Part shown: in pieces, positions 28,767-38,251 of the stretch
Layout: every line of letters starts with the position of its first letter
How positions within the stretch are numbered: the stretch's first letter is position 1
Assembly: GCA_963769935.1 (NCBI GenBank)
Contig: CAVYNY010000010.1
Coordinates: 640,001-704,000, forward strand
Direction: 5' to 3'
Length of the DNA stretch: 64,000 nt
Origin: an uncultured delta proteobacterium
GTDB lineage: Bacteria; Desulfobacterota; Desulfobacteria; Desulfobacterales; JAFDCJ01
Made by a program: the position numbers and the translations under genes
The notes under the pieces: model-generated
Told to the model about the DNA's origin: nothing
Database searches by the model: none
The model's input: the letters and a program-made list of their open reading frames with translations, nothing else

Positions 28767-29226
28767 GCGCCACCTCCTTTTTGAGAGTATTCAAGTGTTT
28801 GGATGAGTTCTTAAATAGTTAAAACTGCTTGAGCGTTGCGCTGAAGAATCTGCTGAGGAATAAATCTGACAAGGTTCGAACGGCACTGCTGACAAATGGT
28901 TATTGGTTGCCGGCAATACATACAGACACAAGGCACGGGAGGCAGAACGCAAGAAAAGGCCGAAGGAGCGTTTCACTCGAAGAGCGCTGCATTTAATGAG
29001 CGTTTCTCTTGAGGAGCACTGCGCAAATTTCATTTGCTCCGTTTGAGGAGCGCTTCGCTCTATGCAAAAGCAGACGGCTGAGGGGCCTTAGTATCAACAG
29101 TAACAGCGCACGCGGCACTTTGCACTTCAAGTCCTGACAAGGCGCTCCTTTAGTCTATCGCTAATCGAGCTCTTCCCCTGCTGTCCTCTGCCTTCTGTCT
29201 CCGGTCCCCCGTCCTCTTTTATTTTG

Positions 29227-30069
29227 CTACTCCGCAATCAATTTGTTGCGGTTTTGGACCCAGGCGTTGCGGATCATGATATAGGGATCCAGCGCCGCCT
29301 CTTTCAGGGCCTCGTATTCCCCGATCCGCAGCGATGTGTCGTTGACGGCCTCGCCGGCTCGAATGCCGACTGCCAGCCAGATGTCGTCTCTAAAAAACCA
29401 ATAGAGGGGATCCATGACTGTGTCGCCCAAGCGTCCGATGCCATCCCGCAGGCTGGAAGGTCCGAAAAACGGCAGCATGATATAGGCGCCGGAGCCGACC
29501 CCCCAGACCGCGAAGGTCTGACCCAGATCCTCCGGGCTGGGCTGCAGCCGCGGATAGTTGGCCGCCGGATTTAAAAGCCCCAGACAGCCGACCGTCGTAT
29601 TGATGAAAAACTGGCCGAATTCATCACCCGACTTGCTAATTTTGCCCTGCAGCAGGCAGTTGATAAAGCGCACCGGAAACCTGACGTTGTAAAAGGCATT
29701 GCGGATGGCCTGGCGCAGCTCCTTCGGGATAATAAAGCCGTATCCCCGGGAAACCGGCTTGAGCACCCAGAAATACAACCTGTCGTTAAAGGTATACAAG
29801 CCCCGGTTCATCTCGATCCAGGGATCCGGGATCAGTTGAGCCTCTCCTTCATCGGCATATTCATCTTCCTCGTCGTTATCATCTTTTTCATCTTCCGATG
29901 CCTGCTCCTGCGATTGGTCTCCGGCAGTGTCGGACGGTTTGGCGGATACTTTCTGTGCTGCCTGGGCTAAATAAAGGGTGGCTTCATCATTGAACGCTTC
30001 TGCAGGATCATTGCTAAAAATCAAAATAAAGAAAAATATCACTACGGCGACCGGCCATGACTTTTTCAC
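29227..30069 (-). CDS. mlaA: MlaA/VacJ family protein
   Basis: DPW..MNR....FND, FFINTTVG.LGL, EDLGQT...WGV.SG.Y.MLPFFGPSSLRD, DPY...R.AW.Q.R; GTG start after AAGGAG. Confidence 0.92.
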   Translation of the reverse strand: MKKSWPVAVVIFFFILIFSNDPAEAFNDEATLYLAQAAQKVSAKPSDTAGDQSQEQASEDEKDDNDEEDEYADEGEAQLIPDPWIEMNRGLYTFNDRLYFWVLKPVSRGYGFIIPKELRQAIRNAFYNVRFPVRFINCLLQGKISKSGDEFGQFFINTTVGCLGLLNPAANYPRLQPSPEDLGQTFAVWGVGSGAYIMLPFFGPSSLRDGIGRLGDTVMDPLYWFFRDDIWLAVGIRAGEAVNDTSLRIGEYEALKEAALDPYIMIRNAWVQNRNKLIAE

Positions 30070-30151
30070 GGGAATGACACTCCTTTCTCCGCCTGAAACC
30101 AGTTTAAATATTGCAGCAACCAACAATTGCCGGAATGGCACTGGGTATAGA

Positions 30152-30751
30152 TCAACCTTTGCCGACTTTACTGCGCAGGATTTCCAGCAATTTTTCCGGT
30201 GAATCCTTGGCCAGTATCTCTCTGAACTGGGTGCGGTAGTTTTTCACCATGCTGACCCCTTCTATGATGACGTCGTAAACCTTCCAAGAGCCGCTTTTGT
30301 CCGTGAGCCGGTAAAAAAGCGGTATCTTCTTACCGTCCGACGTCTGCAGATAACTCTGAACCTCGGCAATTCCCTTTTTAAGCGTGTCTTCCTTGTCAAA
30401 TAGAATTTTCTGATCCGAGTACGCCAGCAGCCGGTCCGCATAGACTCCCTGCAACAGTTCCGTGAACAACTGCACAAATTCTTTTTGCTGCGCGTCGTTC
30501 ATATTTTTCCATCCCTTGCCCAGGGTTCTTTTGGACAGTTCTTCAAAATCGAATATCGTATTGATGGCATCCGTCAGTTGGGCAACCTGCTGATCTTTGG
30601 GTTTGGCTTTGAAGCCCGGATCGGTCAGCGTCGCCAGCACTTTGTCGACGCCGGTCTTCACGCTTTCCATCGGCGTTGCCGCGTATCCAGCCAGTGGAAT
30701 CACCAACACCACTGTCAGTATCAATATAACTGCGGTAAATAGTTTGTTCAT
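30152..30751 (-). CDS. mlaC: MlaC/Ttg2D periplasmic phospholipid-binding protein
   Basis: FDF..LS..TLG..W, WKVYDVIIEGVSMVKNYR.QF; signal peptide; GGAGG RBS. Confidence 0.92.
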   Translation of the reverse strand: MNKLFTAVILILTVVLVIPLAGYAATPMESVKTGVDKVLATLTDPGFKAKPKDQQVAQLTDAINTIFDFEELSKRTLGKGWKNMNDAQQKEFVQLFTELLQGVYADRLLAYSDQKILFDKEDTLKKGIAEVQSYLQTSDGKKIPLFYRLTDKSGSWKVYDVIIEGVSMVKNYRTQFREILAKDSPEKLLEILRSKVGKG

Positions 30752-30769
30752 ACTTGCCTCCCTCCGGGA

Positions 30770-30990
30770 TTCGTATTTATCGTATTTATTGTTTGGATCG
30801 TTGAGAACGTTATGTCCGTTTTGATCGTAAGAACGTTTAGCCTTATTTCCTCTCTGACACCTGAGACCGCGAGTCTTTTCACTGGCATATGCTGTCAGCT
30901 CTCTGCGCTTTGCCCTCTGCGCTTTGCCAAGTCCAATCCGCAACCCGCATATTTCCAGCTTCGCCATTCCGCATTCAGAATTCAATTCAC
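30770..30990. repeat. Mosaic of 7-9-mer repeats inside the mla operon
   Basis: GATCGTT-type nonamers, TCTGCGC/TTTGCCC heptamers and CCGCAAC/CCGCATT heptamers between mlaD and mlaC. Confidence 0.7.
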
Positions 30991-31478
30991 TCTTTCTTTT
31001 CTTCCTTGCCGGTTTCCTGCTTGCCGCCGCCGCCGACATCGCCGAAGGCATACTTGCTGACCAGATCCATGATATCGGTGGGGGCGTTGGTATCGGTGAT
31101 GGAATCGCCGTCGGCCAGCAGATCCCCGCCGCCGCCCGGATCGATCGAAACGTATTTATCCCCGATCAGACCCTCGGTCTTAATCGAAGCGATGGCATCG
31201 TCATAGACCTCGATGCCCTTGTTGATTCTAAACTGCACCTTGACCACCTGCTTCTCCTGATCCATGTTAAAACTCTCTACCCGTCCGATTTCCAGCCCCA
31301 GCATGTCCACCGGGTTTCCCACCCGCAGCCCGGTCACTGTGGTAAAATCGCCATACAGCGAGTAAGTGTTGTCACCGAAAAACCCCACGTTGCCCAGTTT
31401 AACGGTCATATAGCCGATACACGCCAGCCCGATCACTACAAAAATACCCACTACGGTCTCTTTGGAATATTTTTTCAT
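30987..31478 (-). CDS. mlaD: MlaD (MCE domain) protein
   Basis: E..VG.FV..G anchor, F..V.GL.VG.PV...G..IG.V, ASIKT.GLIGDKYV.I.PGG. Confidence 0.95.
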   Translation of the reverse strand: MKKYSKETVVGIFVVIGLACIGYMTVKLGNVGFFGDNTYSLYGDFTTVTGLRVGNPVDMLGLEIGRVESFNMDQEKQVVKVQFRINKGIEVYDDAIASIKTEGLIGDKYVSIDPGGGGDLLADGDSITDTNAPTDIMDLVSKYAFGDVGGGGKQETGKEEKKE

Positions 31479-32737
31479 TCTGATTTTCCTCCGGGTGTAC
31501 ACTTGAATTTGGCAATTTCTTTCTGATTAAACCGTGCAAATTCCATCACGGACTCGATCTCAATCTGCGGTTTACCCTGCGCCAGTCCGGCAAGGACTGA
31601 GAATTCGGTACATTCTTTATCCGAACCCGCCTCCCCGCGCTGCAGCTCGATGCCGCGGATTCCATGCTCCTGAAAATCCCTGGTAAAGTCCTCCATGATG
31701 CGATTGGCTTCCTCGAGATCCGAATAGGGCAGCACGGTGGCATATTCGTTTATTGTCTGACGGGAGGAAAACCCCCCCACCGCGCCAAAATGCTTGTTGA
31801 TATAGGAGCCTAAAGACCGAATGATCTGCTGGGTCGCATCGTGCCCTAAATGCTCGCTGATGGCATCGATATTATCCAGCGTGAAGACGGCCGCCGCATA
31901 GGTGGCATCCTCCTGCCGCTGGCTCAAATCGGTTTGATAGCGAACTTTGAAATGCCGCTTGGAATACAGCCCGGTCAGCTCTTGGCCCAGGCTCTCCAGG
32001 CTGCTGATCAGCTCCTGGCGGAAGGGATGGTCCAGCGATTCAAACGCTTCCGGGTCCCCCTGAAATACGATTTTACGGTCATACAGAGCCAGAATCCGAT
32101 TGGAAATAAAGTAAACATCCGGAATTTCGTGGCTGATTAAAAGGGCCGTAAACCCGAACCGCTTCTGGTATTCAGCCACCATCCCCAGAATGGCATTTTT
32201 ACGGATCGGATCCTGGCCGGTGGTGGGCTCGTCAAACAGCACAATACTCGGGTTGGTGACCAGCGCACGCGCTAAAGCCGCCCGCTTCTGCATGCCGCCG
32301 GAGATCTCCGAGGGGTACTTGTCGGCCACCTCGGTCAGCTCGGTCTGATCGATGCGCGCCATGGCCTTTTCCTCGATTTCCTTTTTCTTTAATTTGGTCG
32401 TGTACTTCAGCGGCATGGCCACGTTTTCAAAGACCGTCATCGAATCAAACAGGGCATTGCTTTGAAACATGTAGCTGATCTGACCGATGTAATCGTTCCA
32501 TTCCTTCTTGCTCATCTGATCGATGGGTTTGCCCCGGTACAGAATCTGTCCCTCATCGGGTTTGAGCATCCCGATGATGTGTTTAAGCGTCACGCTCTTG
32601 CCCGTGCCGGAAAGACCGATCAGCGTCGTCACCTCACCTTCGTAGATTGAAAAATCGATGCGGTTTAAAATATTGCGCGTGCCGAAAGTTTTGCTGACCC
32701 CTTTAAACTCGATGATTGGTTCTCTTTGGGTGTCCAT
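31475..32737 (-). CDS. mlaF: MlaF ABC ATPase fused to a C-terminal degenerate GGDEF-like domain
   Basis: Walker A GLSGTGKS, ISGGMQKR, FDEPTTG.DP, SH; after residue ~250: ELTGLYSKR, LDNIDAISEHLGH, SRQTINEYA. Confidence 0.9.
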   Translation of the reverse strand: MDTQREPIIEFKGVSKTFGTRNILNRIDFSIYEGEVTTLIGLSGTGKSVTLKHIIGMLKPDEGQILYRGKPIDQMSKKEWNDYIGQISYMFQSNALFDSMTVFENVAMPLKYTTKLKKKEIEEKAMARIDQTELTEVADKYPSEISGGMQKRAALARALVTNPSIVLFDEPTTGQDPIRKNAILGMVAEYQKRFGFTALLISHEIPDVYFISNRILALYDRKIVFQGDPEAFESLDHPFRQELISSLESLGQELTGLYSKRHFKVRYQTDLSQRQEDATYAAAVFTLDNIDAISEHLGHDATQQIIRSLGSYINKHFGAVGGFSSRQTINEYATVLPYSDLEEANRIMEDFTRDFQEHGIRGIELQRGEAGSDKECTEFSVLAGLAQGKPQIEIESVMEFARFNQKEIAKFKCTPGGKSE

Positions 32738-32774
32738 GGCGTTTCCCGGAAAAAAAGTTATTGATTATTTGCTA

Positions 32775-33623
32775 TTAGACTATGAAGGAGGTAACCACGT
32801 AATCTGAAATCAGGATCATCACGCACGAAATCACCACCGCCGAGGTGGTCGACAGGCTGACACTCTTGGCGCCGTAGCTGTCGGTGCGCATGTGGGTGAA
32901 ATATCCCTGAAAACAGCAGATGGTCACCACCAGCAGGCCGAAGACGATGGACTTGGTAAAGCCCCCCGTAATGTCTTTTAACTCGGTGCTGGACATGACC
33001 CGGTAATAGTAGGTGCCCGAATTGACCCCCAGCAGCAGACAGCCGCTGACCCAGGCCCCGATAATCCCGATCAGGTCGAAAAACGCGGTTAAAATCGGAA
33101 AACTGATGACCGCCGCCGCAATCCGCGGGCTGATCAAATACCCCAGCGGATCGATGCGCATCGTGGAAAGCGCGTCGATCTGCTCGCTGATGCGCTGGAT
33201 GCCGATCTCCGCGGTCATCGCCGAGCCCGCCCGGGCCGTGATCATGATAGCCGCCAGCACCGGTCCCATCTCACGGATCAGCGTCAGCGCAATGGCGGTG
33301 CCCAGCACCCCCACCGAACCAAATTTGACCAGCACGAAATACAGCTGCAGCCCCAGCACCATGCCGGTGAAAAAGCCCACCAGCATCACGATCTGCGCCG
33401 ACTTGGCCCCGATAAAGTACACCTGCTGAATGATGTCCGGTATGGCCTTGACCCGGAAAATCATGAAAAAGGACCGAAAGAAAAATATGGCCATCGCCCC
33501 CAGATCGTTGTTCAACCGGAATGTCTTGAACCCGAAAAAATCGAAAAACGATATCAGCAGTCCCTTTTTGGGACTCGGGGCTGCGCCTCCAGCGGTATCT
33601 TCAACCGTTGCATTGTCTGCCAT
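32775..33623 (-). CDS. mlaE: MlaE ABC permease
   Basis: G.FTGMVLGLQ, REMGPVL.A....RAGSA.TAEIG....EQIDAL, TT.AVV. Confidence 0.95.
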   Translation of the reverse strand: MADNATVEDTAGGAAPSPKKGLLISFFDFFGFKTFRLNNDLGAMAIFFFRSFFMIFRVKAIPDIIQQVYFIGAKSAQIVMLVGFFTGMVLGLQLYFVLVKFGSVGVLGTAIALTLIREMGPVLAAIMITARAGSAMTAEIGIQRISEQIDALSTMRIDPLGYLISPRIAAAVISFPILTAFFDLIGIIGAWVSGCLLLGVNSGTYYYRVMSSTELKDITGGFTKSIVFGLLVVTICCFQGYFTHMRTDSYGAKSVSLSTTSAVVISCVMILISDYVVTSFIV

Positions 33624-34006
33624 TTTGTGATTTTCCTTTCCTCGAATGACGGATCCGCCCCGTGGTATTGCGATCTAAGAGTTGATTTCCGGCGTCTGAG
33701 GGTTTTACGGATCTGAAAATTACAACGTTTATATATGTAATATCACCATAATGCAAGGGGCTGAAACGTTCAGCGGCCTATTTTTCCGTCGGAAGGGTAG
33801 ACTTCAACAATCAGCTTGAATTGTATTCTTGTTTTAAATATAAAGAACGTTCTAGATTAGAATAGCCCAGTGATCGCAACTAAATCGGAGATATTATCAC
33901 TGGAACTACATATCACATTTAGTATGAATTTCAACCTAATTTTTTAATCCTTTTCAATCCTGGAAACGCTGTTTTACATGGTGCATAAATTGGGGAAGCT
34001 TCCAAA

Positions 34007-36109
34007 ATGTCTAAAAACCTATACATTGCAACCATGGAACCGAGAGGCGGCAAATCGGTAGTGGCACTCGGCATCATGGAATTGCTGTCGCGGCGTTTGA
34101 CTAAGATCGGATTCTTTCGTCCGGTTATTCCCGATGTTGAGCGGGACAATAACATTCAACTGATTCTGAGCAGGTATAATTTAAAATTACCATATGAAAA
34201 GATGTACGCCTACCATCACGAGGATGCTCAGCATATGGTAGCCGTCGGGCAGTACGATGCGCTTTTAAAGAATATTCTAAGCAAGTATAAGGCGCTGGAG
34301 AGTCAATGTGATTTCGTTTTATGCGAAGGCACGGATTACACCGGAGTTTCCTCGGCCTTCGAATTCGACTTCAATGCCGACGTCGCCAATAATCTGGGGT
34401 GCCCGATTCTCACGGTGCTCAACGGACGCGGAAAATCACCGCCGGAAATCATGGAGGGGATACGGTTTGCCCGTGAATCTTTTGACAGCTGCGGATGCAC
34501 GATCCTGGCGACGATCGTCAATCGCATAGCGCCGCAAAGCCTGGAGGCCATCAATGCGCATCTTGCGCAAGAAGCAGTTGCCGGGGTACCGGTATATATT
34601 CTGCCTGAAGCGCCTTTGCTCGGCAGGCCATCGGTCGGCGAAATCGCAACTGCCCTTGACGGCCGGCTTCTCCAGGGTGATCTCCATCGCATGCACCGCG
34701 AGGTCCTGGATATAAAAATAGCCGCTATGACCCTGCCGCATTTTCTGGATTATATCACGGAAGGCACCCTTGTAATTGCGCCGGGCGACCGCTCTGATGT
34801 CATTCTGGGCAGTTTGGCGGCCGCGGCCTCGGAAACCTATCCAAATATCTCCGGCATACTGCTAACCGGAGGCTTGACGCCCGAGCCGCCGGTTCAAAAA
34901 CTAATGGAAGGTTTCAAGAAATCGGCGCCGATACCCATCTTTAGTGTCGGCACCGACACTTACACAACGGCGGTGAATGCCGGTTCGGTGAGAGCCGCTC
35001 TCACCCCTCAAAACCATCGCAAGATTGCTGCCGCTTTGGGAGTCTTCGAATCCCATGTAAACATTCCGGAGCTCGAAGATCGGATCGCGGTGGTTCGTTC
35101 CAAGCGAGTGACCCCGATCATGTTTGAATACGAACTCATCGAACGGGCCAAGGTTCACCGCCGGCACATCGTGCTGCCTGAAGGCTGTGAAGAGAGAATT
35201 CTGCGGGCGGTAGAAATACTTTTGCGGCGCCGGGTGGCAGATATTACCATATTAGGAAATTCGGAGGAAATTAAATATAAAATCAATTCCCTGGGGCTAA
35301 ATTTGGAAGGAGCCCAGATGATTGATCCCCTGCGGTCGGAACAGTTCAACGATTATGCAGACACCTACTACGAGATGCGCAAGCATAAGCGCATATCCCG
35401 TGAAATGGCCCGAGATACCATGACGGATGTCAGCTTTTTCGGAACCATGATGGTTCACAAAGGCGCCGCCGGCGGCATGGTATCGGGAGCCGTCCATACT
35501 ACCAGCGAAACCATCCGCCCGGCCTTTCAGATAATTCGCACCCGGCGCGGAGTTTCCATCGTTTCCAGCGTGTTTCTCATGTGCCTGGCCGACCGGGTTC
35601 TGGTGTACGGCGACTGTGCGGTGAATCCGGATCCGGACGCCGGGCAGCTGGCCGACATTGCCATCAGCTCGGCTGAAACCGCCGAAATGTATGGTATCGA
35701 GCCCCGTATCGCCATGTGCTCATATTCCACCGGACAATCCGCTAAGGGAAAGGATGTCGACAAGGTGCGTGAAGCCACCCGGCTGGTCAGGGAACGTCGT
35801 CCTGATTTGAAAATCGAAGGGCCCATCCAGTATGATGCCGCCGTGGATGCCGGGGTTGCCAAAACCAAATTGCCCGCAAGTGAGGTGGCCGGCCAGGCAA
35901 CGGTATTCATTTTCCCCGATCTTAATACCGGCAATAACCTTTATAAGGCGGTTCAACGATCCGCCAATGCCGTTGCCATCGGGCCGGTCCTGCAGGGTCT
36001 GAACAAACCGGTCAACGACCTGAGCCGCGGATGCACGGTAACCGACATCGTCAACACGGTGGCCATCACGGCGATACAGGCGCAGGCAGTTGTGTCGGAA
36101 GGCAGATGA
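34007..36109 (+). CDS. pta: Phosphate acetyltransferase (long form with AAA/DRTGG N-terminus)
   Basis: GKS, EGTD, PGDRSD, IVLPEG...RIL, SGA.HT, GDCAVNP.P, EGP.QYDAA, FPDLNTGN, QGL.KPVNDLSRG. Confidence 0.97.
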   Translation: MSKNLYIATMEPRGGKSVVALGIMELLSRRLTKIGFFRPVIPDVERDNNIQLILSRYNLKLPYEKMYAYHHEDAQHMVAVGQYDALLKNILSKYKALESQCDFVLCEGTDYTGVSSAFEFDFNADVANNLGCPILTVLNGRGKSPPEIMEGIRFARESFDSCGCTILATIVNRIAPQSLEAINAHLAQEAVAGVPVYILPEAPLLGRPSVGEIATALDGRLLQGDLHRMHREVLDIKIAAMTLPHFLDYITEGTLVIAPGDRSDVILGSLAAAASETYPNISGILLTGGLTPEPPVQKLMEGFKKSAPIPIFSVGTDTYTTAVNAGSVRAALTPQNHRKIAAALGVFESHVNIPELEDRIAVVRSKRVTPIMFEYELIERAKVHRRHIVLPEGCEERILRAVEILLRRRVADITILGNSEEIKYKINSLGLNLEGAQMIDPLRSEQFNDYADTYYEMRKHKRISREMARDTMTDVSFFGTMMVHKGAAGGMVSGAVHTTSETIRPAFQIIRTRRGVSIVSSVFLMCLADRVLVYGDCAVNPDPDAGQLADIAISSAETAEMYGIEPRIAMCSYSTGQSAKGKDVDKVREATRLVRERRPDLKIEGPIQYDAAVDAGVAKTKLPASEVAGQATVFIFPDLNTGNNLYKAVQRSANAVAIGPVLQGLNKPVNDLSRGCTVTDIVNTVAITAIQAQAVVSEGR

Positions 36110-36591
36110 CAGATGATAAACTCCAGGTTTCAGGTGTCGGGTGTCAGGTGTCAGCCCCGCCGCCGGCCAAAACAACGGCCGGTCTGATCATAAAAGAAAC
36201 TTTTGGAAATCGGACACAGTTGGATTTAATATCACGCCCACTTCGTTAGAGCTCACAGAGACCGCAGAGAACATTTTCCTTTCGCCGCAGGCGCCTGTAA
36301 ACCCAGACCTCTGTGATCTCTGAGCGCTCTGTGTGAGATGTAGTTTCATATGAGGTGTCAGCGCTGCCGTTGTCCATCGGGGCAGCCGGTTGGATTGAAT
36401 AAACAACTTGTCGTATGAAATTTAATGAGATCAAACGTCATTTTGGGGCTAGAGTTAATGGCTGGCGGGAGTGGTTATTAACCACGGTTGCAAATGTCGA
36501 TCAGACCGGCATTTGCTTTGGCCGGCGGTGGGGCTGACACCTGAAACCCGAGAACTATAATCTATCATCTGACATCTGTTCTCTGTCATCT
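36103..36591. mobile_element. Composite nested palindromic element (MITE/BIME-like), copy A
   Basis: 45-bp inverted arms at 36145-36189 and 36499-36543 (4 mismatches), outer CAGATGA/TCATCTG arms, inner CTCACAGAG...CTGTGTGAG palindrome. Confidence 0.7.
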
Positions 36592-36610
36592 AACAAATCA
36601 GAGGTACCAC

Positions 36611-37819
36611 ATGAAAACACTGGTCATTAACTCCGGCAGCTCCTCCATCAAATACCGGCTTTTCGACATGCAGGATAAAAGTGTCTTGGCCACCGGTCTG
36701 CTGGAACAAATCGGCGAGGCCGAAAGCCGTTTAACGCATCGGTCCCGCAATGCACAGGGCGAAATGGAAGAAATCGTCCGAACCCGGCCGGTCGAAAATC
36801 ATCAGGCGGGCTTTCAGCTCATCGAAAGCGTTTTGAATGAAACCGGGGCCGTCGGCGATACGCAGGAATTATGCGGCATCGGCCACCGCGTGGTTCACGG
36901 CGGTGAAAAATTTCGCGAGGCCACGATCATAAATTCGGAAGTGATCGAAACCATCCGGCGGCTGATCCCGCTGGCCCCCCTGCACAACCCTCATAACCTT
37001 CTCGGCATCGAAGTTGCTATGGAGGTCGCCCCGCAAGTACCCCAGGTAGCCGTATTCGATACGGCCTTTCATCACAGTATACCGCCCCCGGCCTTTCACT
37101 ATGCGCTCCCACAGGAACTTTATGTAAATCATCATGTGCGCCGCTATGGGTTTCACGGCACATCCCACTTTTATGTCGCCAAACAGGCGGCCCGATATCT
37201 GAACAGATCCCTGGAATCCATGAATCTGATCACCCTTCACCTGGGAAACGGCGCCAGCGTTACGGCAATCAAAAACGGCAAAAGCGTCGACACCTCCATG
37301 GGCATGACACCGCTGGAAGGGCTGATCATGGGAACCCGTTCGGGCGACATCGATCCGGCCATTATTTTTTACCTAGGCCGTCAGGCTGGTTATGCACCGC
37401 AGGAAATTGAATCGATGCTGAACGAGCAAAGCGGCCTGAAAGGGATCTGCGGGGCCAACGACATGCGTGACATCGGCCGGTTGGCCGCAAACGGGGATAA
37501 GGCAGCCGGGCTGGCCATCGAAATGTACTGCTACCGCATTAAAAAATACATCGGTGCCTATAGCGCGGCCCTGGGCCGGATCGAGGCGCTGGTCTTTACC
37601 GGCGGCATTGGAGAAAACGCCGCCGACATCCGGCGGCGCGCATGCGCGGGGCTGGCGCAACTCGGTATCGAGGTGGATCATCCGAAAAACAATGCCGGAA
37701 AAAACGGAATATTTGAGATTCAAAGCGCAAAAAGTTCGGTCGCCATACTCGTTGTACCAACGGATGAAGAACTGGAAATCGCCGAGCAGACGGTCCACTG
37801 TATAAAAGCGTTGTCTTGA
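36611..37819 (+). CDS. ackA: Acetate kinase
   Basis: LVINSGSSSIKY, GHRVVHGG, APLHNP, FDTAFH, RRYGFHGTSH, HLGNGAS, TSMG.TPLEG..MGTRSGD, FTGGIGEN, TDEE. Confidence 0.98.
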   Translation: MKTLVINSGSSSIKYRLFDMQDKSVLATGLLEQIGEAESRLTHRSRNAQGEMEEIVRTRPVENHQAGFQLIESVLNETGAVGDTQELCGIGHRVVHGGEKFREATIINSEVIETIRRLIPLAPLHNPHNLLGIEVAMEVAPQVPQVAVFDTAFHHSIPPPAFHYALPQELYVNHHVRRYGFHGTSHFYVAKQAARYLNRSLESMNLITLHLGNGASVTAIKNGKSVDTSMGMTPLEGLIMGTRSGDIDPAIIFYLGRQAGYAPQEIESMLNEQSGLKGICGANDMRDIGRLAANGDKAAGLAIEMYCYRIKKYIGAYSAALGRIEALVFTGGIGENAADIRRRACAGLAQLGIEVDHPKNNAGKNGIFEIQSAKSSVAILVVPTDEELEIAEQTVHCIKALS

Positions 37820-37834
37820 TGCAGGAATAGATGG

Positions 37835-38207
37835 GGATGTTCGTTAAGATCGTCCCAGTTAAACAAAAGACGAAAAGGTTTAACGGGATAAATTTTGACC
37901 GTTAGGATCGTTGAGATCGGTTGAATCGGTTGGATCGTTAAGAACGGAGGCATCGTTGGCTTGGTTGATGATGTTGATTAAATTGATTTTCAAATTCCCG
38001 CTTCCAACTTCCCACTTCAAAAGTGGCACTGCTCTCTGTCTTTTGTCATCTGGTTTCTGTCTTCTGCTATCGAACTATTGAAAGCCACAGACAAGTTCTT
38101 ATGTTAACGATAAAGATGCGGCAATGAAGTATAGCAGCGATGGAATAATGGCCTAGGGATAAATTCTTTTTCAAAACGCCAATACTCCATCACTCCAGTA
38201 CTCCAGG
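37835..38207. repeat. Nonamer/octamer repeat mosaic with REP-like hairpin CCCAGTTAAAC...GTTTAACGGG
   Basis: 37841-37884 matches 46027-46070 at 43/44 nt; GATCGTT nonamers; TACTCCA octamers at 38183-38205. Confidence 0.8.
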
Positions 38208-38251
38208 GCCGATACTTTTAAGACCCTTTTTGTAGTAATTGAAGAAATGCA

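Noticed and set aside
30752..31051. 100-aa N-terminal extension of MlaC, and similar extensions of yceD, rplS and PFOR in the ORF track
   Set aside because: They translate intergenic or repeat DNA; good RBS-ATG pairs lie downstream
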